A stretch of DNA of 32,000 nucleotides, taken from sequence record OY751497.1. One strand, 5' to 3'. The translations under genes and the position numbers were made by a program. Each line of letters begins with the position of its first letter. Positions within the stretch are counted from its first letter, which is position 1. Positions 1-9,253 of the stretch are shown piece after piece. The notes beneath the pieces were generated by a model. It made no database searches, was not told the DNA's origin, and saw only the letters and a list, made by a program, of their open reading frames with translations.

Positions 1-90
1 ATATATATCCTAAATGTAATACAATTATAATTATACATTAATATTTTATATAATTAAATAAAAGTAGTTAAGTTTAAATAAAATAATTTA

Positions 91-161
91 AAGCCTATAA
101 TTTAATGGTAGAATAATTTCTTGATGAGGAATCTGTAGAAGTTCAAATCTTCTTGGGCTTA
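91..161 (+). tRNA. trnI: tRNA-Ile (anticodon GAU)
   Basis: Hand-folded cloverleaf. Acceptor AAGCCTA/TGGGCTT (one G-T). Anticodon stem ATTTC/GGAAT with loop TTGATGA. T-arm AGAAG-TTCAAAT-CTTCT. Confidence 0.85.
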
Positions 162-923
162 TATAAATATTATACATTAAGTATAAAAATAAAATAAAAT
201 ATTATAGTTATAGTGTAAAAATAATTATTATTAGTTATTTTGTAAAACTAATTATTAGATTAAAATTTAATTTAAATAATTTATTAGTTATTTTAAGAAA
301 TAACGTTGGAACTATAAAGTAGAAAGTAAAAATAAGTACTTCATATACAACATTGCTGTAATACTTGTTGTACTTGTAGTAGTAGAACTTCGTCTAGTGG
401 TTGTACTTATAAAAAACTACGTAGTATAATAAAAGAAATAAAAAAACTAAAAAGTACTAGGAAGTAAAAGTACTATTATGTAGAACTTCGTCTAGTAATA
501 AATATTTCATAGTAAATATAAATAAACTAATATTTAAATTAATTTAAATACTTTAATAAAAAGTAGATGTCTTCATCAAAGTTTATTAATATATTATATT
601 AATTTAAATTATGATATAATATAAATTATAATAAAATAATACAATATAAAAACTATACTATCATATAAACCATTTTAATTAATAAAAATTTAATTAAATT
701 CTAAATAAAATTTTAAATAATTTCTTAGTTAAAATTTAATTAATAAATTATAGAAAATTAAATATATAAATTATAAATGAATATAAATTATTTAAATAAA
801 TTATAATAAAAAACAAAATTTTCGTAGTTCTATAGAAATAATTATTTATAAAAATAAAACAAATAAAAAGTAGACGAAGTACTACTTCTAATCAGAAGAA
901 CTACTATAGAAGTAGTAATATGC

Positions 924-963
924 AAAAACTACGTGACTACGTACAAAAACAAAAAACAAAAAA
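924..963 (+). promoter_or_regulatory. A-flanked double-ACGT motif (aaaaactacgtgactacgtacaaaaac) followed by a (CAAAAA)n tract, about 170 nt upstream of cob
   Basis: Variant of the motif found at 16061, 16128, 30642 (+) and 22966 (-). Its orientation matches the downstream gene. Confidence 0.3.
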
Positions 964-1067
964 TACTTCTTATTTAAATTACTTGTACAAAACTACTTTC
1001 AAGTAAGTAATGCGCGTACGTATAAATCTCTACTTAAATATCTAATAACAAAGAAGTAGTACAACGT

Positions 1068-1120
1068 AAAAAAAAACAAAAACAAACAAAAAATAAATAA
1101 AAAAACAAATAAAAATATAA
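1068..1120 (+). promoter_or_regulatory. A-rich (CAAAAA)n-type 5' leader abutting the cob ATG
   Basis: Sequence aaaaaaaaacaaaaacaaacaaaaaataaataaaaaaacaaataaaaatataa lies directly before ATG 1121. The same type of leader precedes nad6, orf311 and rps3. Confidence 0.3.
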
Positions 1121-2287
1121 ATGAGAATATTAAAAACCCATGTCTTGCTTAGATTGCTAAATTCTTATGTAGTAGATTCACCTCAACCCGCTAATATTAC
1201 ATATTTATGGAATTTCGGTTCTTTATTAGCAGTATGTTTAATTATACAAATATTAACTGGAGCTTTTTTAGCTATGCATTATACTCCTAATGTAGATTTT
1301 GCTTTTAATAGTGTAGAACATATAATGAGAGATGTAAATAATGGATGGATAGTTAGATATACACATGCTAATGTAGCATCATTCTTTTTTATCTTTGTAT
1401 ATATGCATGTAGCTAGAGGATTATATTATAGTTCATATAAAACACCTAGAGTTTTAGTTTGGTCCATAGGAGTAATAATTTTAATCCTTATGATGGCTAT
1501 AGCTTTCTTGGGTTATGTTTTACCTTATGGACAAATGAGTTTATGGGGAGCAACAGTAATTACTAATTTATTATCAGCTATACCAGTTTTTGGTCAAGAT
1601 ATTGTAGAATTAATATGGGGAGGATTCTCAGTATCAAATGCTACTTTAAATAGATTTTTTTCTTTACATTATTTATTACCATTTTTATTAGCAGCTTTAG
1701 CTGTAGCACATTTAATAGCACTACATGTTCATGGTTCAAATAATCCAAACGGAGTAAATTCAAATGGAGATAGATATGCAATGCATCCTTATTTTATATT
1801 TAAAGATCTTGTAACTATTTTTGCATTCTTTTTAGTTTTATCTATTATAGTATTTTTCTATCCAAATCTATTAGGTCATTCAGATAATTATATTCCAGCG
1901 GATCCTATGGTTACACCAGCTTCTATTGTACCAGAATGGTATTTATTACCATTTTATGCAATATTAAGATCAATACCTAATAAATTATTAGGAGTAGTAG
2001 CAATGTTTGGTTCATTATTAATTCTATTAATATTACCTTTAACAGATTTATCTAGAGTTAGAGGTTCAACTTTTAGACCAGCTATGAAATTATTCTTCTG
2101 GTTCTTTGTAGTAGATTTCATAATTTTAATGTGGATTGGTAGTCAACATCCTACTGAACCTTATGTTTCTATAGGTCAAATTGCTACTGCTTTTTATTTT
2201 GCATGGTTCTTAATAATAGTACCACTTATTGGTGTAAGTGAAAATACTTTAATGGATATAGCTACTTCTCATAATAAATCTATCTAA
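1121..2287 (+). CDS. cob: apocytochrome b, intronless
   Basis: 388-aa ORF with hallmark cytochrome b sequence ([34 protein letters not shown]). TAA stop. All 9 Trp codons are TGG. Confidence 0.97.
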   Translation: MRILKTHVLLRLLNSYVVDSPQPANITYLWNFGSLLAVCLIIQILTGAFLAMHYTPNVDFAFNSVEHIMRDVNNGWIVRYTHANVASFFFIFVYMHVARGLYYSSYKTPRVLVWSIGVIILILMMAIAFLGYVLPYGQMSLWGATVITNLLSAIPVFGQDIVELIWGGFSVSNATLNRFFSLHYLLPFLLAALAVAHLIALHVHGSNNPNGVNSNGDRYAMHPYFIFKDLVTIFAFFLVLSIIVFFYPNLLGHSDNYIPADPMVTPASIVPEWYLLPFYAILRSIPNKLLGVVAMFGSLLILLILPLTDLSRVRGSTFRPAMKLFFWFFVVDFIILMWIGSQHPTEPYVSIGQIATAFYFAWFLIIVPLIGVSENTLMDIATSHNKSI

Positions 2288-2320
2288 TAAATAATTATAT
2301 TTAATTTAGATTTATAGATT

Positions 2321-2334
2321 TAACCCCCTCTACG
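2321..2334 (+). promoter_or_regulatory. C-run motif (taaCCCCCtctac), putative mRNA 3'-end processing signal downstream of cob
   Basis: C5 run 37 nt after the cob stop. C4-5 runs are very rare in the spacers and recur in sense orientation after most mRNAs. Confidence 0.4.
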
Positions 2335-2638
2335 TAGCTATGTAACTACGTAGCTAATAGATTAGCTTCATTAACTAATAAAGCATTATTTTGTTTAAAA
2401 AATCCTAAATTAATTTATAAAATTTTTAACATATTTTTAACAAAATATTCCATTTAATAATGAAAAGTTAAAGATAAAGTTTATAATTATTGTATTTAGG
2501 GTTCATGATTGATTTAATTGTAGATATCAACATATCATCAAGATTATTTTCTAATAAATAAGAAGAAGTATTAATTCCATCATAAATACTTATTACATAA
2601 GGAATCATTATTCCATCAATATTACTTCAACAATAAAT

Positions 2639-2676
2639 ACTAATGATAATATTGTTAATAGTGTAGAACATATAAT
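2639..2676 (+). pseudogene. duplicated cob fragment (matches cob 1286-1326; the last 22 nt are identical to cob 1305-1326)
   Basis: ttaatagtgtagaacatataat is identical at 1305-1326 and 2655-2676. The upstream part is diverged (ctaatg...). Confidence 0.75.
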
Positions 2677-2699
2677 TTTCTTTAAGATTTTACTTTGTT

Positions 2700-2737
2700 T
2701 AATTATTTACAATAGAATTAATTAAATTAATAGATAC
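2700..2737 (-). pseudogene. duplicated nad6 fragment (38/38 nt identical to 3558-3595)
   Basis: taattatttacaatagaattaattaaattaatagatac is present at both sites in direct orientation. In nad6 it encodes VSINLINSIVNN. Confidence 0.85.
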
Positions 2738-3267
2738 TTTACTTCTTCTAATAAATTAATAACCCTATTGAGTAATTGATCTTTAAATTCTAATAATATT
2801 TTTTCATTATATTTTAATTTTACATTAAAATAATTATAAAATGTATTAATATGATAAATTAATTTAGAGTAATATAATTTAATTAAAGCAAAAGTTTCAT
2901 ATTCATCTTTAATATTAGTCTTTTAATAATAAACCATTATATAAAGAAAATTATAACCTTTAAAATTATTAGTATTAATATTATTATTTGTTTTAAATCT
3001 ATACGTTCTACTACTTCATAGTACTTGAACTTATACGTACTACTTATTAGTACTACTTCTTCGTCTAGTCCTACCACCAGGAATATGAAATAGAAAAATA
3101 TCCGGTAGTAATATAAAGATTATTATTAAAAATTTAATTATTATTCTCTTAAAATTTTAATTAAAATAAATAGTTTATTGTTTACCTAATAACAAAAGAA
3201 GAAGTCCCACGTCCTACGTCCAAAATATATATTAAATAAATTTATTTAAAGTTATAATAGAAATAAA

Positions 3268-3283
3268 GTAGGTAAGGGGTTAT
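3268..3283 (-). promoter_or_regulatory. C-run motif (sense ataaCCCCttacctac) downstream of nad6
   Basis: G4 on the plus strand at 3276-3279, i.e. C4 in the nad6 sense, 107 nt after the nad6 stop. Confidence 0.4.
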
Positions 3284-3385
3284 ATATTATATTATATTAT
3301 ATATTTAATATCTAAAATATTAAAAATAAATAAACATAAATTTAATTATTTGTATAATAACTTCTACAGCTACTTAGTACAAGAA

Positions 3386-4015
3386 CTATTTCAAGAAAGT
3401 AGAATTTCTACTAATAATAATAGTAGCAAACATAGCTAATAGTAATATTACACTAAGAACTATTAATAATACAGCACCATAAGTATATAAACTGTGACCT
3501 AATACTTCTATTTGTGTAAATTCTGTAATTATTACATCAGATAATGATGAGAAAAAGTAATTATTTACAATAGAATTAATTAAATTAATAGATACAACAT
3601 TAGAATCTGATAATATACTATTAAAATATGTAATTTTATCTAATAAAACAGATAATGCTGGAACATTATTAAAATTAAAAGGTATTATTTGAAAGATAAT
3701 AAAAAAAAATAAAGATCCTATTGCAATAGCTAAAGGTAAATTTTTAGTATATTGAGTTCCTGTTTCTAAGATATCTGTTAATTTTATATTTATCATCATT
3801 ATTACAAATAGAAATAGTACAGCAATAGCACCTACATATATTACTATATAAGAAATACCTACAAAATTAATTCCAATAAGGATTAAATATAGAGCAGCTT
3901 GAACAAAAGTAGATATTAAAAAAATTACTGATATAACGGGATTTTTAGAAGTGATAGAAAAAACACTTGATAATAAAGTACCGAAAGCTAAAATATTTAT
4001 AAAAAGAGTTGTCAT
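3386..4015 (-). CDS. nad6: NADH dehydrogenase subunit 6
   Basis: 209-aa hydrophobic ORF with the nad6-typical block NPVISVIFLI...YVGAIAVLFLFVIMMINIK. TAG stop. Confidence 0.9.
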   Translation of the reverse strand: MTTLFINILAFGTLLSSVFSITSKNPVISVIFLISTFVQAALYLILIGINFVGISYIVIYVGAIAVLFLFVIMMINIKLTDILETGTQYTKNLPLAIAIGSLFFFIIFQIIPFNFNNVPALSVLLDKITYFNSILSDSNVVSINLINSIVNNYFFSSLSDVIITEFTQIEVLGHSLYTYGAVLLIVLSVILLLAMFATIIISRNSTFLK

Positions 4016-5954
4016 TTTTTTTGTTTTTGTTTTTTTTATAATTTTTATAACCTCCGTATTAAATTTTTATTTTATCTTTTTTATAAATATAATTTTATAA
4101 AATTATATATATTATTTTTAAGTAAGTATACAAAATATTTTTATTAAAATTTTAATTATTTTATTTAATTTTATATGAAGTTTTAATTAATATATAAATA
4201 TTTTTATTTTAAAATTTATTTTATTTATTTTTATAGAACCATGAAGTTTTTATTAATGGATATAATTTTACGTTCTATTATTTTGTTAGTTTACTACTAA
4301 ACGTAGTTCTACGTAAGTACTTTTACTTCTATTTCTACTTCTACTTCTATTTTGAAATAGTACTTCTTTTTTAATAGTTTTTACGTAGTACTAGTGTTTT
4401 TTTAGTAATGTTTACTACTTGTTAAGAAGTACTAATATTTTCTACATATGAATAACTTCGTATAAAAATACTTATTTATAAGTACTACAACTAACGTTAG
4501 TAGTTGTTGTAGAAATTTAAAATTTTTAATTTAATTAAATTAAATTTTTATTTTATTAATCTATATCTCTATTAATAAAGAGATAATGTCTAACAAATTA
4601 TAATTGATTAAAGGCTTTAAAACAAAAGTGAAATTTATAATAAATATACAAGTTTAACTACCTCAACCTCAATATATAAAGAATAGTAGAAGAATAGTAT
4701 TATATTTATTAAACTTATATATTTTAAATATATTCTATTCTATCTTATTATTTTCTATGAGATATGATATTTTCTATGTACTTTACTATTTTATTAATAA
4801 AAAGTATTTCTTCAACTACTTCTAGGTGTACGTAGTTCTACTTCTTTATAAAACTACTACTTTTGTTTATTTTAAGTACTACAACTAGACGAAGTACTAG
4901 TTGTAGTACTTTTATTACGTTTAACTAGAAAGTTGTACGTAGTACTACTACTGAATTTTTAGAAAATACTTCTACTTGAAATAATAGTATTAAAACAAAA
5001 TTCACCTTTAAATTTAAAATATTTTTAATGGTAATACATAATTTCGTCTTCTATACGTCTTCGTCTAACTACGTCTAAAAAAGTAAATAAATATAATTTT
5101 ATTTAAATAAAGATAAAATAAATCATATTATATTTAAATATTTTACATTTCAATATATAATAGAAAAATGAAATAAAATTTTACATTCTTTATAATTTAA
5201 ATTTTTATATGAAGTTTTGTAGTACATAGTAATAACATATTATTTATATTTATAAAATTAAAAAAGGTTTTATTTGTATATTTATTTTAAATTTATAAAT
5301 GGATTGTAGGTTTAACCTAGAAAAATTGACCTAATTTTTTAATATTACAATATTAGGCAGGATGACTTTGCATTCTGAAATTTAATATATAATTTTATAT
5401 AAAATTTATTTTATAGTTACTATGAAATAAACTTCATAATTCTACGTAGTTTCTATTTCTTGTTTCTCCTATTTTTAAATTCTAAATACTAATTAAAAAG
5501 TATAATTTTATTTTTAATAATTTTTTAGAAATAAAAATTTTAGGTTTTTATATAGTTATAATCTAAAATTTTAATTTTAAATTATATAATAATATATTAT
5601 TATTATTATAATTAGTTTTATTGCTATTATTTTTATACGAAGACGAAGTAATTTTAACTTTATCTTGTAAATAAAAATAATTTATATTTATAATATTCTG
5701 GTAATTTTATTTACATTAACTCTATTTTCTGTCTATAACTATTAATTATTATCTTTTGACTATTAAAAAAGAAGAGAAATAGATCTTCATATTTCTAGAA
5801 AAATAGAAATAAAAATAGAAATAGATATAGATATCTTAGACTTCGTAGACAACTATTTCTACATCTACATTTTTGTCTTCATCTTCTATACGTCTATGTA
5901 GACGTATAGAAGATATTTAATCAATAAAATTATTATATTTATTTTAAATTTATA

Positions 5955-6027
5955 CGAGCCCTTCCAGATTCGAACTGGGACCACCCTAATCGACAACTAG
6001 GTACTCTACCAATTAAGCTAAGGGCCC
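5955..6027 (-). tRNA. trnD: tRNA-Asp (anticodon GUC)
   Basis: Reverse complement folds. Acceptor GGGCCCT/AGGGCTC. Anticodon stem CCTAG/TTAGG with loop TTGTCGA. T-arm CCCAG-TTCGAAT-CTGGA. Confidence 0.9.
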
Positions 6028-6544
6028 TTTAATTACTTATTTATTATTCTTTACTTTTATTTAGTTTATTTATTATTTATACGTAGTTTCTACTAATACT
6101 TGTACTAGGAATTGAACTCCGTCTAGTACTTCTGGTAGTACTAGTTTTCTTTTTAGTAGACGTTCTTTCTAGATCATAGAATAGAAATAGTTATTTTTGT
6201 AGTAGTAACGTACTTTTTTGTTTTTGTTTTTATTTACTTTTAAGAGATTAAAGAATTAAATTTAAACTATATTACTATTATAATAGTTAAATATCTATTT
6301 CATTATTATATTTTTATGGAGAAGTAGATATTCCTTTAAAGATGTGTAAAGTTTTTTCTTTAATTTTTAACACATACCCATTAAATTAGTTTACTTCTAC
6401 GTTATAAGTACTTCTTAAAATAAAACTACTACTACAAGTTCTACTACTGCTATTACTACAACTACGTAATACTAGAACTACGTTTTACTAGTACTAATAA
6501 AAATATTATAGTTTTATATAAAATATAATAATGAATATAAAATA

Positions 6545-6558
6545 GATAAGGGGATTAA
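6545..6558 (-). promoter_or_regulatory. C-run motif (sense ttaatCCCCttatc) downstream of orf311
   Basis: G4 at 6550-6553 on the plus strand, 33 nt after the orf311 stop. No such motif lies between atp6 and orf311. Confidence 0.4.
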
Positions 6559-6585
6559 ACTATTATTATAAATTTATAATATTAA

Positions 6586-7521
6586 TTAAAATATAATATT
6601 AAATAAACACAATTTACTCATAATTAAAGATATAAGTAAACATAAGCATGACAATATAAAAATAAATTGCGTAGATTTACTCCATATTCTTATATATCTT
6701 AATATTAAATATCTTAATAACTTAATAAATTTATTTTTAGAATTTGGATCTAAATATTTGTTAATATTTAATTTTGACAGTAATCTTGCTAGATAGGTAT
6801 TTAATATTATAAAAGTAAAAAAGAAAGAAAAATTATTATATTTATTTAAATCTTCTAACATTTGAATTTGATATTCATCTAAATTTTGTTGTTTATTAGA
6901 ATTATTATTAATATTATTAGAAAGAGAATTATTGTACGTAGTATTTTCTGATTCTTTATTTAATAATATTTTTTCATGAATATTTATTGTTAGAGCTGAC
7001 CATGCTTGACTTAAAGTAGATGCTGCTACACCAGTTAAGAGTTTTCTTGGTAAAGTATTAACCTTTTTAGCAGCTTCCATTCCTAATCTAAATCCACCTA
7101 AAATGATACCTTGATCTAGAACATTTCTAAATTGTTGATCTGTTACTGAAATTTTAACTATTGGATTATCTAATGTAAGATTATTGTCTTTATTTAATAT
7201 AAATGCCGTATTAATTTTATTAGAAGAAGTAGAAGTGACAAGTGAAGAACTATTATTAGATTCAATATTAATCATCTCTAATGTATTAGTATAATAGTTA
7301 TCTACCATATAAGTAACTAAATCAAATAGATTTATATCTATATTATATACTGCTGCTATAGTACTTAATATAAAATAAATAGTAAATATTAATTTTATAT
7401 TAAGTATTCTGGAATAACTATAAATTTTATTTACAAAATTTTTATTAAAATATTTATTTAATAAAATTCCTATAATAAAACCTATTAAAGAAAAAGAAAC
7501 CATATAAAAAATTTTTTTCAT
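6586..7521 (-). CDS. hypothetical membrane protein (orf311), no family recognised
   Basis: 311-aa ORF between atp6 and trnD on the same strand. It has hydrophobic N- and C-terminal segments. The central segment (GGFRLGMEAAKKVNTLPRKLLTGVAASTLSQAW, about 7000-7140) is noticeably less AT-biased than its flanks. It has a (CAAAAA)-type leader and a downstream C-run motif like the known genes. Confidence 0.55.
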   Translation of the reverse strand: MKKIFYMVSFSLIGFIIGILLNKYFNKNFVNKIYSYSRILNIKLIFTIYFILSTIAAVYNIDINLFDLVTYMVDNYYTNTLEMINIESNNSSSLVTSTSSNKINTAFILNKDNNLTLDNPIVKISVTDQQFRNVLDQGIILGGFRLGMEAAKKVNTLPRKLLTGVAASTLSQAWSALTINIHEKILLNKESENTTYNNSLSNNINNNSNKQQNLDEYQIQMLEDLNKYNNFSFFFTFIILNTYLARLLSKLNINKYLDPNSKNKFIKLLRYLILRYIRIWSKSTQFIFILSCLCLLISLIMSKLCLFNIIF

Positions 7522-8021
7522 TTTTAATTTTTAGTTTTTTTATTTTTTTGTTTTTATTTACTATAATTTTTATTTTAATTAAATTATTTTAACCTTATTT
7601 ATTGATTTATATATTATTATATAATTATATATTTCTTTAATAAAAAATTTTTAATTTTTATATAACATTTAAATTAATTTCTTACAGAATATAATACAGT
7701 AAATGTATTTATAATTCCAAGTTTATTAAAAAAATGATATGAAGAAAACTACTTATACTACGTAGTAGCGCGTGAACTTAAAATAAACTTATAATTGATG
7801 ATAAAAATGCGTTAAATTTTTTAAGAATAATTATCTAAATTTAATTTACTAGTACTACTTGTATTTGAAGTAGTAGAACTTGTACAACAATATCAAATAA
7901 GTAGACTTCTATTTTTATCCATTCAAAAAATTTCTTACAACAATTAAAATAATAAAATTTATTTTTATTTTATACTACGTACTAGTTTTTTCTTTCTTAT
8001 TAATAATTAATTATTTAATAT

Positions 8022-8786
8022 TTAATGTAATTCAATAGCATCTCTTAAATAAGAACATACTAATAATGTAAATACAAAAGCTTGAATTAATGAAACTGCC
8101 AATTCTAGACCTATTAAAGCTAAAAAGATTGAAAAAGGTATTAAAGTTAATACAGCTACAAATAGGCTACCTGAAAATAATTTATATAGATAAGTTGATA
8201 ATATTTTTAATAAAGTATGACCAGCTACTATATTAGCAAATAATCGAACACCTAATGAAACTGCTCTAGCTAAGTATGAAACTAATTCAATTAATACTAA
8301 TAATGGAACTAAAGCTAAAGGAGTTCCAGCAGGAATGAAGAAAGAGAAGAATTTAATTCCATGTATTGATAAAGATAAAATAGTTACACCAATAAAAATT
8401 GTAAAACTTAAACCTAGTGAAACTACTCCACTAGCTGTAACAGCAAAAGAATAAGGTACATTAGAAATTAAATTACCAAATAATATGAAAAAAAATAATG
8501 AATAAATAAAAGGTAAATATACTTCACTATGTACACCTATTTGTTCTCTAACCATTGAACTTATACTTGCAAAAGAAGATTCTAATGATATAGACCATTT
8601 ATTAGGTATTAATTTGGAATCATTATTTCCATATACATGAAAACCTAATACAATTAATAAGATAAAACATGAATATAAAGCTAAATTTGTTAAAGTTAGG
8701 TTTAAATAACCTAATATTGGAGCATTCACTCCTATTAAACTATTTACTTCAAATTGATTTAATGGTGATAAAATTAAATATGACAT
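8022..8786 (-). CDS. atp6: ATP synthase F0 subunit a (subunit 6)
   Basis: 254-aa ORF with the SPLNQFE N-terminus and the conserved LGVRLFANIVAGH block. TAA stop. Confidence 0.96.
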   Translation of the reverse strand: MSYLILSPLNQFEVNSLIGVNAPILGYLNLTLTNLALYSCFILLIVLGFHVYGNNDSKLIPNKWSISLESSFASISSMVREQIGVHSEVYLPFIYSLFFFILFGNLISNVPYSFAVTASGVVSLGLSFTIFIGVTILSLSIHGIKFFSFFIPAGTPLALVPLLVLIELVSYLARAVSLGVRLFANIVAGHTLLKILSTYLYKLFSGSLFVAVLTLIPFSIFLALIGLELAVSLIQAFVFTLLVCSYLRDAIELH

Positions 8787-9097
8787 ACTAAAAAATTAAA
8801 GTTTAAGGCTATTTATTTAAATAAGTTTATATTTAATATATTTTCCTATTTTTAAAATATATTTAATTTATATTTTTATTATAGTAAATAATATTAAATT
8901 TTAACTATCCTAATATATATTACCTCTCTATAATTATTTTATAAGATTATAAAATTATAAAATAATATTTTATTAATAAATAAATTTAAAAAACCTCTTA
9001 TCTATAAAGATATTTGGATAAAAAGTACGTAAATACTTACTAGTAAATAAAAATATTAATATATTACAGATAAAGATAAAATAGGAATAATATAATT

Positions 9098-9168
9098 TAC
9101 GAGTAATCAGGCTTGAACTGATGATTTCTACTTGGAAGGTAGAAGTTATACCACTTAACTATACTCGT
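9098..9168 (-). tRNA. trnG: tRNA-Gly (anticodon UCC)
   Basis: Reverse complement folds. Acceptor ACGAGTA/TACTCGT. D-arm GTTA/TAAC. Anticodon stem TCTAC/GTAGA with loop CTTCCAA. T-arm ATCAG-TTCAAGC-CTGAT. Confidence 0.9.
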
Positions 9169-9236
9169 TTTATTCTTTTTATAGAATAAAAAACAAAAAT
9201 TTTAAGAACACTATATTTGAAACAAGATTTTGAACA

Positions 9237-9253
9237 AAAGAGACTTGAACTCT
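9237..9253 (-). pseudogene. isolated tRNA T-arm remnant, 17/17 identical to the T-arm of trnL(uag)
   Basis: The reverse complement agagttcaagtctcttt equals 28243-28259. No complete cloverleaf can be folded around it. Confidence 0.45.

Noticed and set aside
2750-2925. Minus-strand open frame of about 70 codons (KTNIKDEYETFALIKLYYSKLIYHINTFYNYFNVKLKYNEKILLEFKDQLLNRVINLLEEVKYLLI*) in the cob/nad6 spacer
   Set aside because: It has no start codon, its composition is indistinguishable from AT-rich spacer, and I recognise no motif. It could be a relic of a mobile-element ORF, but I cannot support that from the sequence alone.
6100-6125. T-arm-like ggagttcaattcc (minus sense) as a possible extra tRNA
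   Set aside because: Only 3 bp of T-stem can form, and no acceptor, D or anticodon arms can be folded. The surrounding sequence is ordinary repeat-family words.
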